NCBI GenBank assembly: GCA_963835575.1
Contig: CAWIGG010000002.1
Span: 608,001 to 672,000, forward strand
Length of the DNA stretch: 64,000 bases
Source of the DNA: an uncultured Spirochaetota bacterium
GTDB taxonomy: Bacteria; Spirochaetota; Brevinematia; Brevinematales; JAOACQ01
Direction of reading: 5' to 3'
Position 1 is the first letter of the stretch; each line of letters opens with the position of its first letter. The position numbers and the translations under genes were made by a program. The notes beneath the pieces are model-generated. The model saw only the letters and a program-made list of their open reading frames with translations, did no database searches and had not been told where the DNA came from. Shown here piece by piece: positions 1 through 9,544 of this stretch.

Positions 1-1399
1 GGTAGGAATAGCCGGCATCCTTTAAAAGTTCAATCTGACCGGGGCTGTAAGAAATATTGGGGAAAGATATATTGGTTAGATAATATTTATAGCGCTCGTT
101 CAGGTATCTATTTGAAACAGATGGATCTTCATTGAGTTGATACCGCCATGATCCGTTAATATCAAGCGTGTTATATTTTAAATCAAAACTGCGGTCAATT
201 TCACTTTTTTCTATATTACGGTCATCATGAAGGAAAAACTGGTTATTAATCGGCTGGAGAACATCCATTATGTTGAAATCATATCTTCGCTGCTTATATT
301 TTGATACAAAGAAAGGGTCATTTAAATCTTCCCAGTTTAAGGAAAGTAGAATATCATTGAATTTAAGGGAACTGTTTAAATTATACTGCCAGGATAATTG
401 CTGAGTATTGATGTAGTTGCTGTTTTGGGAGTCGATGTAAGTGAAGCGGTCGTTACCAGAAGAGGTATCCCGGAATATCCGCATATCGTTTGCTCCCTGA
501 AACGCAAGGTTAAGGGTCTGGATGACGCCGAAAGGTTGTTTCAAACTATAGTTCATCATAAAATACTGTCCAAGCCTTTCATAAAAATCCAGGCCGAATT
601 CATATGAACCGCTCGGGAGGTTAAAAGTTAAAGAGTTCATCATATACCATCCGATCCTTTCTTCCTGACCGAAAGCAGTACGGATGCCGGTATATTTTTC
701 CCATCTTATGAAAAAAGGAAAATATATGAAGTTTGCCTGGCCGACGGTATAGGTGTCATTCAGGGCAAAGATCATTTCATCTTTAAAATACCAGAGGCGC
801 TGGGCATAGAAATGATATGCCGGGAATTCTGATGGTGTAAATGTGAAATAAACATCTTCAAGAACAACCCTGGTTTCTGAGAGAATAGTCGCTTTTTCAG
901 CATGATAATACCAGCCGCCCTGCAGCGAAATCGGGCTGGCCATTGTCCCGGTCCCGCTGGAAGACCCGCTTGATTTGACATACGACCTTACTTTTTTTAA
1001 AATTCCTTTTTTTGTTTCGGGATTAAAAGACATAAAGTCTGCCAGATAGACATCCTGTCCGTAACGGAATTCCACCTTTTCGAAAGCGGATATGTCAGTT
1101 ACTTTGTTGCTGGCAGTTGTGATGATGACAGTTCTTGCTTTAAGCGTATTATTGTCAAATCGTATTTTTACATTTCCTATAAATTTTATCTGCGTTATAT
1201 GCTGTTTTTCGAAATTCTGCATGATTACTTCATCGTAACTATCGAATATAATATTTTTCCCGGAATTTGTTGAAGATGGTTCTATTTGATATTCGGGTAT
1301 GCTGTTAGTATCTTCACTATTTGTATCTGCATGAATATAAGATATTGGAAGAAAAAAAACAATTACAATATAAAGCGGAATTATTTTTTTAAAGCTCAA
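1..1399 (-). CDS. Exported LptD/OstA-like outer-membrane protein, runs off the left edge (partial)
   Basis: Not in the ORF track because it has no stop in the window. TTG at 1399 with GGAG RBS at 1407-1410, then a signal-like N-terminus (MSFKKIIPLYIVIVFFLPISYIHA). IKFIGNVKIRFDNNTLKA and PAYHFYAQRLWYF..FPFF segments resemble LptD N-terminal regions. Confidence 0.6.
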   Translation of the reverse strand, partial: MSFKKIIPLYIVIVFFLPISYIHADTNSEDTNSIPEYQIEPSSTNSGKNIIFDSYDEVIMQNFEKQHITQIKFIGNVKIRFDNNTLKARTVIITTASNKVTDISAFEKVEFRYGQDVYLADFMSFNPETKKGILKKVRSYVKSSGSSSGTGTMASPISLQGGWYYHAEKATILSETRVVLEDVYFTFTPSEFPAYHFYAQRLWYFKDEMIFALNDTYTVGQANFIYFPFFIRWEKYTGIRTAFGQEERIGWYMMNSLTFNLPSGSYEFGLDFYERLGQYFMMNYSLKQPFGVIQTLNLAFQGANDMRIFRDTSSGNDRFTYIDSQNSNYINTQQLSWQYNLNSSLKFNDILLSLNWEDLNDPFFVSKYKQRRYDFNIMDVLQPINNQFFLHDDRNIEKSEIDRSFDLKYNTLDINGSWRYQLNEDPSVSNRYLNERYKYYLTNISFPNISYSPGQIELLKDAGYSY

Positions 1400-1551
1400 T
1401 CTATTACTCCAATAAAAAAATACAAACAGGACATAATTATAATATATATTTTATAAAAAGTCAGATTAGGATATCCTATTTTTCATCGGAATAAGATAAT
1501 GAAATATAGACTTTTTGTATAAAGATCATTAAAATTCTCGGATAAAATATA

Positions 1552-2865
1552 ATGGAGAGTATTATTCATATGAATAATGAATCACCGCGCATTTATAATC
1601 TGTTTCCCCGTTTGATCGGCTCTATGGATGATTGGTCAGGGCATTTAAATAGAATTAAAGATATGGGCTTTAACTGGATTTATTTAAATCCGTTTCATTA
1701 TTCCGGTTTTTCAGGAAGCCTGTATTCCATTAAAGACTATTATAATTTCAATCCGCTGTTCATTAATCCGGATTCAAAATTATCCCCGGTTGAACAGCTT
1801 GGAAAATTTATTCAAACCTGCCGTAAAAAAGATATCAAAGTTATGATGGACCTGGTTATCAATCATACTGCAAAAGACCATCCCTTTACAAAAGAGCATC
1901 CGGAATGGTATCAAAAGAATAAAAATGGTGAAATCTTGAGCCCCGGCGCCTGGGACAACGGCCGCTGGGTAGAGTGGGGAGATCTGGCGGAAGTGGACAA
2001 CAATAACGCTCTGGAAAGGGTAAAACTCTGGAATTATTGGAGAGATTTGATCTCATATTATATTGAACTCGGCTTTGACGGCTTCAGGGCTGACGCTGCT
2101 TACAGCGTGCCTTCCGCTTTATGGGATTTCCTGATTCATGATGCGAAAGGAAAGAAAAATGATCTCTTCTTTTTTGCTGAAAGCCTGGGCTGTCCCGTGG
2201 AAAAAACCGTGGAATTGGCGGAGACCGGCTTTGATTATATTTTTAACAGCTCGAAATGGTGGAATTATCAGGATGACTGGCTTCTTGAACAATACGCTAA
2301 GACAAGAGAGAAAGCGCCGTCAATTTCTTTTCCGGAATCGCATGACACTCCGCGCCTGGCTTTCGAATCCGGCAATAATATTGATCTCATTAAGCAGCGG
2401 ACTGTTTTTACGGCTTTTTTCTCATCTGGCTGGATGATACCTGCCGGTTTTGAATACGGTTTTAAAAATAAAATGGATGTTGTTCATACATCTCCTTCGG
2501 ATTGGGAAGAAATAAATATTGATCTGACCGGATTTATTAAACAGATTAATCAGTTCAGAATGAAGTATAAAATATTCAGCGGGGAAAGTGAAATAAAAAA
2601 AATAGACCCCGGAAATAATATGGACATCCTGGCGTTACTGAAGTTTTCCGGAAACGGGAAAGAAAAGGCTTTGATAATTCTGAATAGGGATTTAAACAGG
2701 TCTTATAATATTTCAGCGGCTGAAATCGGCGGATTTCCGGAAGTGAATAATATAAAGGAATACTGCCTGTTTCCTGAAGAGAAACCAAGCCCGGCTTCTT
2801 TTAAAGATTTAAATATAGAATTAAAACCTTATGATATAAAAGTATTTTATCTGGCGTATAAATAA
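1552..2865 (+). CDS. GH13 alpha-amylase-family glycosyl hydrolase (cytoplasmic)
   Basis: DLVINHT, GFRADAA (nucleophile D), FAESL (acid/base E) and SHDT motifs. Start may be ATG 1570. Confidence 0.9.
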   Translation: MESIIHMNNESPRIYNLFPRLIGSMDDWSGHLNRIKDMGFNWIYLNPFHYSGFSGSLYSIKDYYNFNPLFINPDSKLSPVEQLGKFIQTCRKKDIKVMMDLVINHTAKDHPFTKEHPEWYQKNKNGEILSPGAWDNGRWVEWGDLAEVDNNNALERVKLWNYWRDLISYYIELGFDGFRADAAYSVPSALWDFLIHDAKGKKNDLFFFAESLGCPVEKTVELAETGFDYIFNSSKWWNYQDDWLLEQYAKTREKAPSISFPESHDTPRLAFESGNNIDLIKQRTVFTAFFSSGWMIPAGFEYGFKNKMDVVHTSPSDWEEINIDLTGFIKQINQFRMKYKIFSGESEIKKIDPGNNMDILALLKFSGNGKEKALIILNRDLNRSYNISAAEIGGFPEVNNIKEYCLFPEEKPSPASFKDLNIELKPYDIKVFYLAYK

Positions 2866-2893
2866 AAAATACCCGCTTACTGGCGGGTATTTT
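2866..2893. terminator. Bidirectional intrinsic terminator
   Basis: aaaatacccgc-ttactg-gcgggtatttt hairpin between convergent genes. Confidence 0.8.
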
Positions 2894-2917
2894 CGTTTAT
2901 TACAAACCAGGGATTTA

Positions 2918-3124
2918 TTACAGGTCTTTCTGGTCAATATATCCTTCCAGCATTGCCTTGCTGATGTTTTCAGCCAATTTCTCTATGGCGAAAGAAATAT
3001 AATTAGGGTCTTTAATCTTTTTTCTCAGCTGTTCCATTCTTGTCTGGGAGAGCGAGCTGGAATTGGTCTTGACAATAATCCGGTGAAAATTCCGTTTTTT
3101 TTCAATAAGGACTTCTTCTATCAC
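2918..3124 (-). CDS. Small protein with FlgM-like C-terminal segment
   Basis: RMEQLRKKIKDPNY...IEKLAE resembles the FlgM C-terminal sigma28-binding helix pattern; last gene of the operon; GGGAG RBS. Confidence 0.45.
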   Translation of the reverse strand: MIEEVLIEKKRNFHRIIVKTNSSSLSQTRMEQLRKKIKDPNYISFAIEKLAENISKAMLEGYIDQKDL

Positions 3125-3146
3125 TTTTTTCTCCCGGCGAAAATAT

Positions 3147-3497
3147 CTAATAAAAGGACTTTATATGCTTAAAACTGGGTTCCTTACTTTTCATCTCTAC
3201 AAAAAATGCGTCTATACGCATCTCTTCAAATTTGATCTCTGAATTGTTAATATAAATTTCGGCACTTTTTAAAATCCTTTTAACTTTTCTTTGATTAATT
3301 GTTGCCTCAATATCCATTAATTGAGGGCCTTTTCTGCACTTTACTTCAACAAAAACCAGTGTTTCTCCATCTTTGAATATATGATCGATTTCTCCATATC
3401 TTGTTTTATAATTGGAAGTGATATATTGATAACCCTGGGAAATGAGGTGTTGTTTGGCGAGGGCTTCGCCGTTTCTTCCGAGAATATGATCAGTCAT
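3147..3497 (-). CDS. yraN: YraN/UPF0102 family endonuclease-like protein
   Basis: G..GE..A..HL...GY, NYKTRYGEID.I and LVFVEVK motifs. Confidence 0.92.
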   Translation of the reverse strand: MTDHILGRNGEALAKQHLISQGYQYITSNYKTRYGEIDHIFKDGETLVFVEVKCRKGPQLMDIEATINQRKVKRILKSAEIYINNSEIKFEEMRIDAFFVEMKSKEPSFKHIKSFY

Positions 3498-3499
3498 TT

Positions 3500-4651
3500 T
3501 TAATTCTTTTTAAATTGTTTTGCCTGGAGAGCTCTAACAATATGAATATCTTTTTCCTTGGAGAGCCTGATTGTCTGGCCTTCGGTTACTTCGTCGCCGA
3601 ATTCATCCCGCATTATTTTTACAGTCGGCCTTAAAGGTGATACAGGATCTGAGGAAATGACAGTCGCGATTGATTTATTGCTGAGCTGTACAAAACAGCC
3701 GACCGGATAAATGGACATCATATTGATAAATACTTTAAGAATCTCGGGGTCAAATTTCTTGGCCCCTTCTCCGAGGACCATTTTCATGGCGTCATAGAAA
3801 TCTTTTCCCTCCCGGTAAACCCGGTCCTTGGTCAAAGCCTCGTAAGTATCAACAATGGAAATAATTTTGCTCATTTCGGAAATTTCCGTGCCCCTGATTT
3901 TACGGGGGTAGCCGGAACCGTCATATTTTTCATGATGTTCCAATCCGACCCTGGCTATTTCAATCGGCAGATTGAGTTCTTTCGCTATGATCTGGTAGCT
4001 GTAGATGGGATGGGTTTTAACCTGGTTGAATTCATCCTGATTGAGCTTTTCTTCCTTTTCTAATATAAAAGCGGGGATTTTTACCATTCCGACATCATAA
4101 ACAAGAGATGCCAGAGCTAAATTTACTAATTTTACCAGTGAATAACCCAGTTTCTGTCCCAATAAAACAGATAATATCGTTGTATTTATGATATGATTGG
4201 CCAGGTAGTCGCCTTTTCCGGCGATATTGACCAGGTTGATAAACAGCTCCATTTTTTTCTCGGCCATAATGGTATTCACGATTTTTGTGGCCAATTTCTG
4301 GAATTTTTCCGTGTCAAGGGACTGTTCGCTTCTGTATTTATTGTACATCGCATCGACGATGGTGATGCATTCTTTATAAAAATCAAGGTATTTAGCCGTG
4401 TCTTTATCGATTATGATGCTCTTTTTTTCTGAAGGGACCGGAGCTTCCCCGATTTTATTCAGATCTATTGCTGCGACAAGATCGCCCGCGGTTTCGACAT
4501 ATTTAACGTTCCTGGTTTTTAAATTGGATATCGTATAGGTGTCCAGAACTTTTCCGGCCGGCAGTACGATATTAAGATTATTGTCGAATAAAGACTTGTT
4601 AAATTTCATTCCGGACCGGAGTTCATCAATATCTATTTTCCGCATCGGCAT
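3500..4651 (-). CDS. HD-GYP domain protein (HD motif degenerate: YDVGM)
   Basis: HHEKYDGSGYP, IISIVDTYEAL, KFDP and C-terminal IYPVG...PLRP region. Confidence 0.88.
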   Translation of the reverse strand: MPMRKIDIDELRSGMKFNKSLFDNNLNIVLPAGKVLDTYTISNLKTRNVKYVETAGDLVAAIDLNKIGEAPVPSEKKSIIIDKDTAKYLDFYKECITIVDAMYNKYRSEQSLDTEKFQKLATKIVNTIMAEKKMELFINLVNIAGKGDYLANHIINTTILSVLLGQKLGYSLVKLVNLALASLVYDVGMVKIPAFILEKEEKLNQDEFNQVKTHPIYSYQIIAKELNLPIEIARVGLEHHEKYDGSGYPRKIRGTEISEMSKIISIVDTYEALTKDRVYREGKDFYDAMKMVLGEGAKKFDPEILKVFINMMSIYPVGCFVQLSNKSIATVISSDPVSPLRPTVKIMRDEFGDEVTEGQTIRLSKEKDIHIVRALQAKQFKKN

Positions 4652-4683
4652 ACGGAATACCCCCGCGTACTTTTACACAAATT

Positions 4684-4938
4684 TCAACCCCTTAAAGAAT
4701 ACACGAAACTGAAAATTTCAGCAACTATTGTGTACAATTCTGTCGGTATTTCTTCATTCTCTTTCAGGCGGTAAAGCGATTCCGCCAGTTTATCGTTTTT
4801 GTAAATAGGGATCTTGTTCTTTTTTGCCAGTGATACGATATAATCTCCGACCGCTCCGACTCCTTTTGCCAGAATATAGGGAGCGTCATTGACAGCTTCT
4901 TCGTATTTTAAAGCGACGGATTTAGTCTGCATATTCAT
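4684..4938 (-). CDS. FlhB cytoplasmic-domain-like / EscU-family small protein (YlqH-like)
   Basis: VALKY...AP.ILAKG.G, IPIY, EIPTELY..VAEI. Confidence 0.9.
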   Translation of the reverse strand: MNMQTKSVALKYEEAVNDAPYILAKGVGAVGDYIVSLAKKNKIPIYKNDKLAESLYRLKENEEIPTELYTIVAEIFSFVYSLRG

Positions 4939-4952
4939 TCCTCCTCATTTTT

Positions 4953-5984
4953 CTAAGCAGATATATCAAGATTAAACAAATCTCTATTTTCAGTATTTTC
5001 AGGCCGGTCTTTATCCTTTATCCAGAATAAATTAGGATTTTTAAATTCATGAAATGCAACAATGATTTTTTTATTATTCAGCTTCCGGCTGAGCGCAGGA
5101 CTGATATTCCCGGCGTAATCCTTTATTTCCCCGGAAAACCGCTCTAAATATGAGGTTTCTAAATAAACATTGACATCATATCCGTTTTCAAATTTATCCA
5201 GTATGATGATAAAACCTCCGGTTTTTTCACTGGAACAGTCAAAATAGAATCTTTCTTTATCTGCTTTTTTTTCTTTTCTCTGCAGAACAGGTATGTCTTC
5301 CTTATTATTTTGCAGATAAGAAATGCCGAATGCGCTTTCTTTACCGAAATAAGCCTGGAAAAGCCCTTCCAGGATATGGATGTGGTCAACCTGGTTCTCA
5401 TCAGGAGATATTTTTTCGTCTTTAGACAGGCTTTTTGATCTTAGATTTTGTATATAGAGTTTCAGTATTTTTTTCAGATGAGAAAAAAAATCAATAAATT
5501 CCATGTCCAGGCTCAACCCGTTCCTAAAAAAATTAATAAATAGATCTGCATAAGACTGGCTGTATTTTATTGAAGCCAGATGGAGAAATTTTAATAAATC
5601 TTTATTCAGCTTTAAGCCGGATTGATGCATTTTTAGAGCGGTCTGAAAAAAGCTGTCCTTTAAAGGGAGATTGTTTTCTATCAGTATATTTTTAATATTT
5701 TCCAGAAGGGACGCTTCTTTTTTTCCCTGGAGGTATTCGGCATTAATGAGAGAGCCGATGACCCTGAGTTTGAAAATTTGACGTCCGTTATCATCAATGC
5801 CGGATTCAACAAGAGCAAAGAAATTATCGGGAATATCGGAATTGACAGCGGCCTGCGCTTTTTGCCCGTTGATTTCGATTGTCGCCTTGTTTTCTTCGAT
5901 TTTAATGACTTTCACATTGACAATTTTATCCGGCTGCAGATTTTTTTTCAGCAGGGATTCCTGATTGATCAATTGAATATTCAA
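4953..5984 (-). CDS. Hypothetical protein, positional YlqG/FliK-like partner of the FlhB-like protein
   Basis: 343-aa ORF immediately upstream of the FlhB-like gene; C-terminal LDISA; assignment mostly by context. Confidence 0.45.
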   Translation of the reverse strand: MNIQLINQESLLKKNLQPDKIVNVKVIKIEENKATIEINGQKAQAAVNSDIPDNFFALVESGIDDNGRQIFKLRVIGSLINAEYLQGKKEASLLENIKNILIENNLPLKDSFFQTALKMHQSGLKLNKDLLKFLHLASIKYSQSYADLFINFFRNGLSLDMEFIDFFSHLKKILKLYIQNLRSKSLSKDEKISPDENQVDHIHILEGLFQAYFGKESAFGISYLQNNKEDIPVLQRKEKKADKERFYFDCSSEKTGGFIIILDKFENGYDVNVYLETSYLERFSGEIKDYAGNISPALSRKLNNKKIIVAFHEFKNPNLFWIKDKDRPENTENRDLFNLDISA

Positions 5985-6132
5985 AATGCCCCCGTCATCA
6001 GCTGTACAGATGCTTTTTCTTATAGTGAAGTTATCGGAATTATTTTATTTTGTAAAAGAAAATAGATAATGTATTCATGGGTGACACTAAGCCCCTTACC
6101 ATGTGATAATCTAAGTGTTCGGCCTATGTTTA

Positions 6133-6255
6133 GCCACAGAATTTCACAGAATATCACTGAATTTTAAAATACTTTATTAGTTTAAAAGATAAATGTGAAT
6201 TTTGAAGGTAATTATTTATATGTTATTTCTGTGTACTTCTGTGAAATTCCGCGGC
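6133..6255. repeat. Inverted-arm periodic repeat element (gccacagaatttcacagaatatcactgaa ... ttctgtgtacttctgtgaaattccgcggc)
   Basis: 29-nt imperfect inverted arms (6133-6161, 6227-6255) made of ~10-nt units; closely similar arms at 57428-57513. Confidence 0.8.
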
Positions 6256-6368
6256 AGTTATATCATCCACTTAAAAAGAAAAAGAACATTAATTATATAT
6301 ATTTTTGCTTTTTTGCATCTTTTATCCTATTTTTATACTTATAAAGGTGAAAAGCCTGAGGAGTATGA

Positions 6369-6893
6369 ATGGACGAGCAGAGGATCAGGGAATTCGAGGT
6401 TTTTTTTAAAGAAAATGAGAATACGGTTTACCGTATCATAAAAGGTTACACAAAATCCCATGATGCTGCAAAAGATATTGTGCTGGAGTCGATGATGGTT
6501 GTTTATGATAATTGGAATAGAATTAAAAACTATGAAAATAAAACCGGATATATAGTCAAAATAGCAATTAATAAAGTTAAAAAGAGGTTTTTGACGGAAA
6601 AAGTCAAGAACTGGCTGACATTCCAGAGCGATGAAGAATCCCTCAGGAATGTTTATATAAAAGATGACCCTGAGGAAAAGGTTTTACATATGGAAGAGGA
6701 GGAATGGCTGGAACGGGAGCTGCAGAAATTAAAAGAGGCGGAGAAAAATATCATTATTTTTAAAGACCGCGACAAAATGAAATTTGATGAAATCGCAGCA
6801 CTCTTGAATATTAAACTTCCGACGGTAAAATCTCTTTATAGAAGAGGGAAGTTGAAACTGGCCAGAGAGTGGGAGGCAAGTTATGCGGAGTAA
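6369..6893 (+). CDS. ECF RNA polymerase sigma factor
   Basis: Region 2 (AKDIVLE...YIVKIAIN) and region 4 (FDEIAALLNIKLPTVKSLYRRGKLKL). Confidence 0.9.
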   Translation: MDEQRIREFEVFFKENENTVYRIIKGYTKSHDAAKDIVLESMMVVYDNWNRIKNYENKTGYIVKIAINKVKKRFLTEKVKNWLTFQSDEESLRNVYIKDDPEEKVLHMEEEEWLERELQKLKEAEKNIIIFKDRDKMKFDEIAALLNIKLPTVKSLYRRGKLKLAREWEASYAE

Positions 6894-7320
6894 AGTATGC
6901 GGGTTTATAATGGAGAAGATTGATAATAATCCCTTCTGGGAAAAAGACTCTGATATAAAAGAGCATTTGAAAAAATGCCCGGAATGTAAACATTATGCGG
7001 CCGTTACTTCTCACTTGAACCGTATTGAAGAGAATGGGGAAAAAGTGGAATTATGGAATGAGTTTTTAGATAAGCTGGAAACAAGAGGTCAAAGGACCTT
7101 CTGGCTCAGACCGGTAATGGCCGCTGTTTCTTTAATCTTTATTGTCTCTTTGTTTTTTACCTTCTATAGCTTTAATACGCCGCAGACTGTTAATCAGACG
7201 AATACGGTGGTCAGTAATTCTGTAAAAAGCGGCAGCGGTTCCAGCGCGGCGGCTAATGCTGAATATAATTATGATACAAGCGATCTCGATTATTATTATG
7301 AAATATCTATGGAAATATAA
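6883..7320 (+). CDS. Zinc-binding (ZAS) membrane anti-sigma factor
   Basis: HLKKCPEC (HxxxCxxC), one TM helix, overlaps the sigma stop codon. Confidence 0.85.
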   Translation: MRSKVCGFIMEKIDNNPFWEKDSDIKEHLKKCPECKHYAAVTSHLNRIEENGEKVELWNEFLDKLETRGQRTFWLRPVMAAVSLIFIVSLFFTFYSFNTPQTVNQTNTVVSNSVKSGSGSSAAANAEYNYDTSDLDYYYEISMEI

Positions 7321-7429
7321 AGTAATTCGGAAATCAATTGATGAATAAAGTTAAGCCGGCCTGCTCGATTTTTCCGGAGACTGAAAGTTAGATGTAAAAA
7401 AGCAGACATCTGATCCAGAGGAGGAAATA

Positions 7430-8044
7430 ATGAAAAGTAAAGTGATGGCGGTAAGTTTGGGATTGGCGCTGTTAATAGCCTTGAGCGGTTATTCACAGAG
7501 CAAAAAAGACACTGATCAATCCGGCAGGGATGAATTCCGAGGTCCGGGAATGATGAATGACTGGGATAACGGAGGCAGGATGCGCGGCCCTGGTTTTAAT
7601 CAGGATAGATATAGCCCGATGTGGGGCGGCGAAGGGATGATGGTGATGTTCTTTGTGCCGGAAGCCAGGACAATCATTGAAAGTTATGGAATAAAAATAC
7701 AGAAAGTGTTCCTTGACGCCAGAGAAGCAAAGCTTAAATTTATGGATAAAAGAAGGGATCTCAAACAGAAGCTGGACGCGCTGGTTGTTAAATACGCGGA
7801 TGATAAAACTGTTTCAAAAGATATTGTGTCAGCATTAAGAGATATGCAGGTTCTGCAGTACCAAGTCCAGGCAATTAATAAGGAAGCCATGAAGAAAATT
7901 CAGGACCTTAATGATGCCAGGGAAAAAGAATTAAAGACAGCTCTTGATAATTGGGTGAACAAGCTGGATAAAGACAGTAAGGAACTCGATAAATTTGTTG
8001 ACTCTTATAAGGACCATCCCCGGTATCGGCCCGATAAAAAATAG
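7430..8044 (+). CDS. Exported helical protein, Spy/CpxP-like periplasmic stress protein
   Basis: Signal peptide, Gly/Met-rich segment, coiled-coil body; follows the ECF/anti-sigma pair. Confidence 0.55.
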   Translation: MKSKVMAVSLGLALLIALSGYSQSKKDTDQSGRDEFRGPGMMNDWDNGGRMRGPGFNQDRYSPMWGGEGMMVMFFVPEARTIIESYGIKIQKVFLDAREAKLKFMDKRRDLKQKLDALVVKYADDKTVSKDIVSALRDMQVLQYQVQAINKEAMKKIQDLNDAREKELKTALDNWVNKLDKDSKELDKFVDSYKDHPRYRPDKK

Positions 8045-8056
8045 ATCGCATTTAAC

Positions 8057-8091
8057 AAAAAAGGGACGCTTTTTAAAGCGTCCCTTTTTTT
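8057..8091. terminator. Bidirectional intrinsic terminator
   Basis: aaaaaagggacgcttt-tt-aaagcgtcccttttttt. Confidence 0.85.
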
Positions 8092-8146
8092 ATAAAATCA
8101 TATAGTGTTTTTTAGAGAACGGCTGCGGCCTTTCCAGGCAGAAACA

Positions 8147-9193
8147 TTATTTCAAATTATTATTTGTTGCCGGAGATGTTTTCTTATCCTGAACACTTTG
8201 ATTTGTTGTCGCAGAAGGCGTGATTTTTTTATCTTTGTTTTCTTTATCCAGATCAATACCCATATCCAGCAGGGCTTTTTTTGCTTCCTTTTGAACCCCG
8301 AAGTCGGGATCGTAAACGGCTTTATATCTCAATAATTCAACTGCCGAGCTGTTATCTTTGAGGTGTCCCAGCGACTTGATGGCTTCAAGGCGTATCCGCA
8401 CGTTTTCTGATTTGGCGAAGTTTATCAATTTTTCAGAAACGCCTTTTTCTTTTACATAAGATATTCCGGCAATAGACCAGAGACGGATATTAAGATCCTC
8501 ATTTTCATTTTCAATATAAGGGGAAAGAATGCTGACGGCCTGGGAATTCCCTGTCTTGCCGATGGCGTAGGCGCAGTACATCCGCAGGTCCTTGCTTTCG
8601 CCGGTATTTTGAAGGATATTGGATAAAACAGAGATGTCTTTTGCATCGCCAATATCTCCCAGGGCGATTGCCGCTGAACTGCGGATATCATTCTGGTAAT
8701 CAATATTGGTCAGAATACCGAGCATTTTACTACCCAGTTCCCTGTATTGAATTTCGCCGATCGCGCGGATAATGCCGGAGCAAAGAAGCGTTTCTTTCGG
8801 GTTATCGATTTTATTGGTCAAAAGGTTATAAAGCCTTGGGCCGGCGCTTTTTATCTTAAGCTCGCTGACGGCAAAAACGATCTTTCTGAGAACATCCGAA
8901 TTGCTTTCGGAACTGAGCGCAGAAAGCCATATTTTTTCATCATCTATTTTAAGATTTATAAGGGAATAAGCGGCGCTTCCCCTCACATCGGGGCTGATAT
9001 CGCTCACAAGCGCTTCCTGTATGATATTGTAAGCTTCTTTTGTCTTGCTGTCTTCGATCGCCTTTATGACGCCTGACCTCTGGGAAGCGATCCCGAATTT
9101 CATTGTTTTCTGCCAGTGCTCCATCAGTTTCGGATCCAATGAAAAAGCGAAGCCCGTTAAGAACAGCAGATAAATAAAAATCATTTTTTTCAT
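8147..9193 (-). CDS. Exported HEAT-repeat protein
   Basis: Signal peptide from MKKMIF; repeated VR..AA.ALG HEAT/PBS-lyase units. Confidence 0.85.
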   Translation of the reverse strand: MKKMIFIYLLFLTGFAFSLDPKLMEHWQKTMKFGIASQRSGVIKAIEDSKTKEAYNIIQEALVSDISPDVRGSAAYSLINLKIDDEKIWLSALSSESNSDVLRKIVFAVSELKIKSAGPRLYNLLTNKIDNPKETLLCSGIIRAIGEIQYRELGSKMLGILTNIDYQNDIRSSAAIALGDIGDAKDISVLSNILQNTGESKDLRMYCAYAIGKTGNSQAVSILSPYIENENEDLNIRLWSIAGISYVKEKGVSEKLINFAKSENVRIRLEAIKSLGHLKDNSSAVELLRYKAVYDPDFGVQKEAKKALLDMGIDLDKENKDKKITPSATTNQSVQDKKTSPATNNNLK

Positions 9194-9335
9194 TATAATT
9201 CTCCAAATAAGACTATTCATATATTAAATCGGAATAATAAGGGAAAATATATATACTATAAATAAAAATTAATGACTCTGTAAAAATATATTTAAAGCAT
9301 TGGAATTTTTAATTAATCATGAAACCCCTGATCTA

Positions 9336-9517
9336 CAGGCTATGTGAAAAGTTAAAATTTCACCACGAAGTTCACGAAGAGCACAAAGAAAATTAATGAT
9401 TTAGTCAAAATTTGTATTGATTTTTCGTTTTTAACTGTTTTAATGAAGATAAACAATAATAAAACTTCGTGTTCTTCGTGAACTTCGTGGTGAATAAAAT
9501 AGTTTTCACATAGTCTG
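9336..9517. mobile_element. MITE-like element with terminal IRs and CTA duplication
   Basis: caggctatgtgaaaa / ttttcacatagtctg terminal IRs; CTA at 9333-9335 and 9518-9520; internal inverted arms caccacgaagttcacgaagagcacaaag / cttcgtgttcttcgtgaacttcgtggtg. Confidence 0.7.
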
Positions 9518-9544
9518 CTAGTCGAGGGCTTCATGTGAAAATAT

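Noticed and set aside
398..981. Short ORFs 398-607 and 772-981
   Set aside because: Overlap the long minus-strand LptD-like frame that runs off the window edge
9352..9534. 60-aa ORF with HEVHEEHE
   Set aside because: Translation of the periodic repeat arms, not a credible gene
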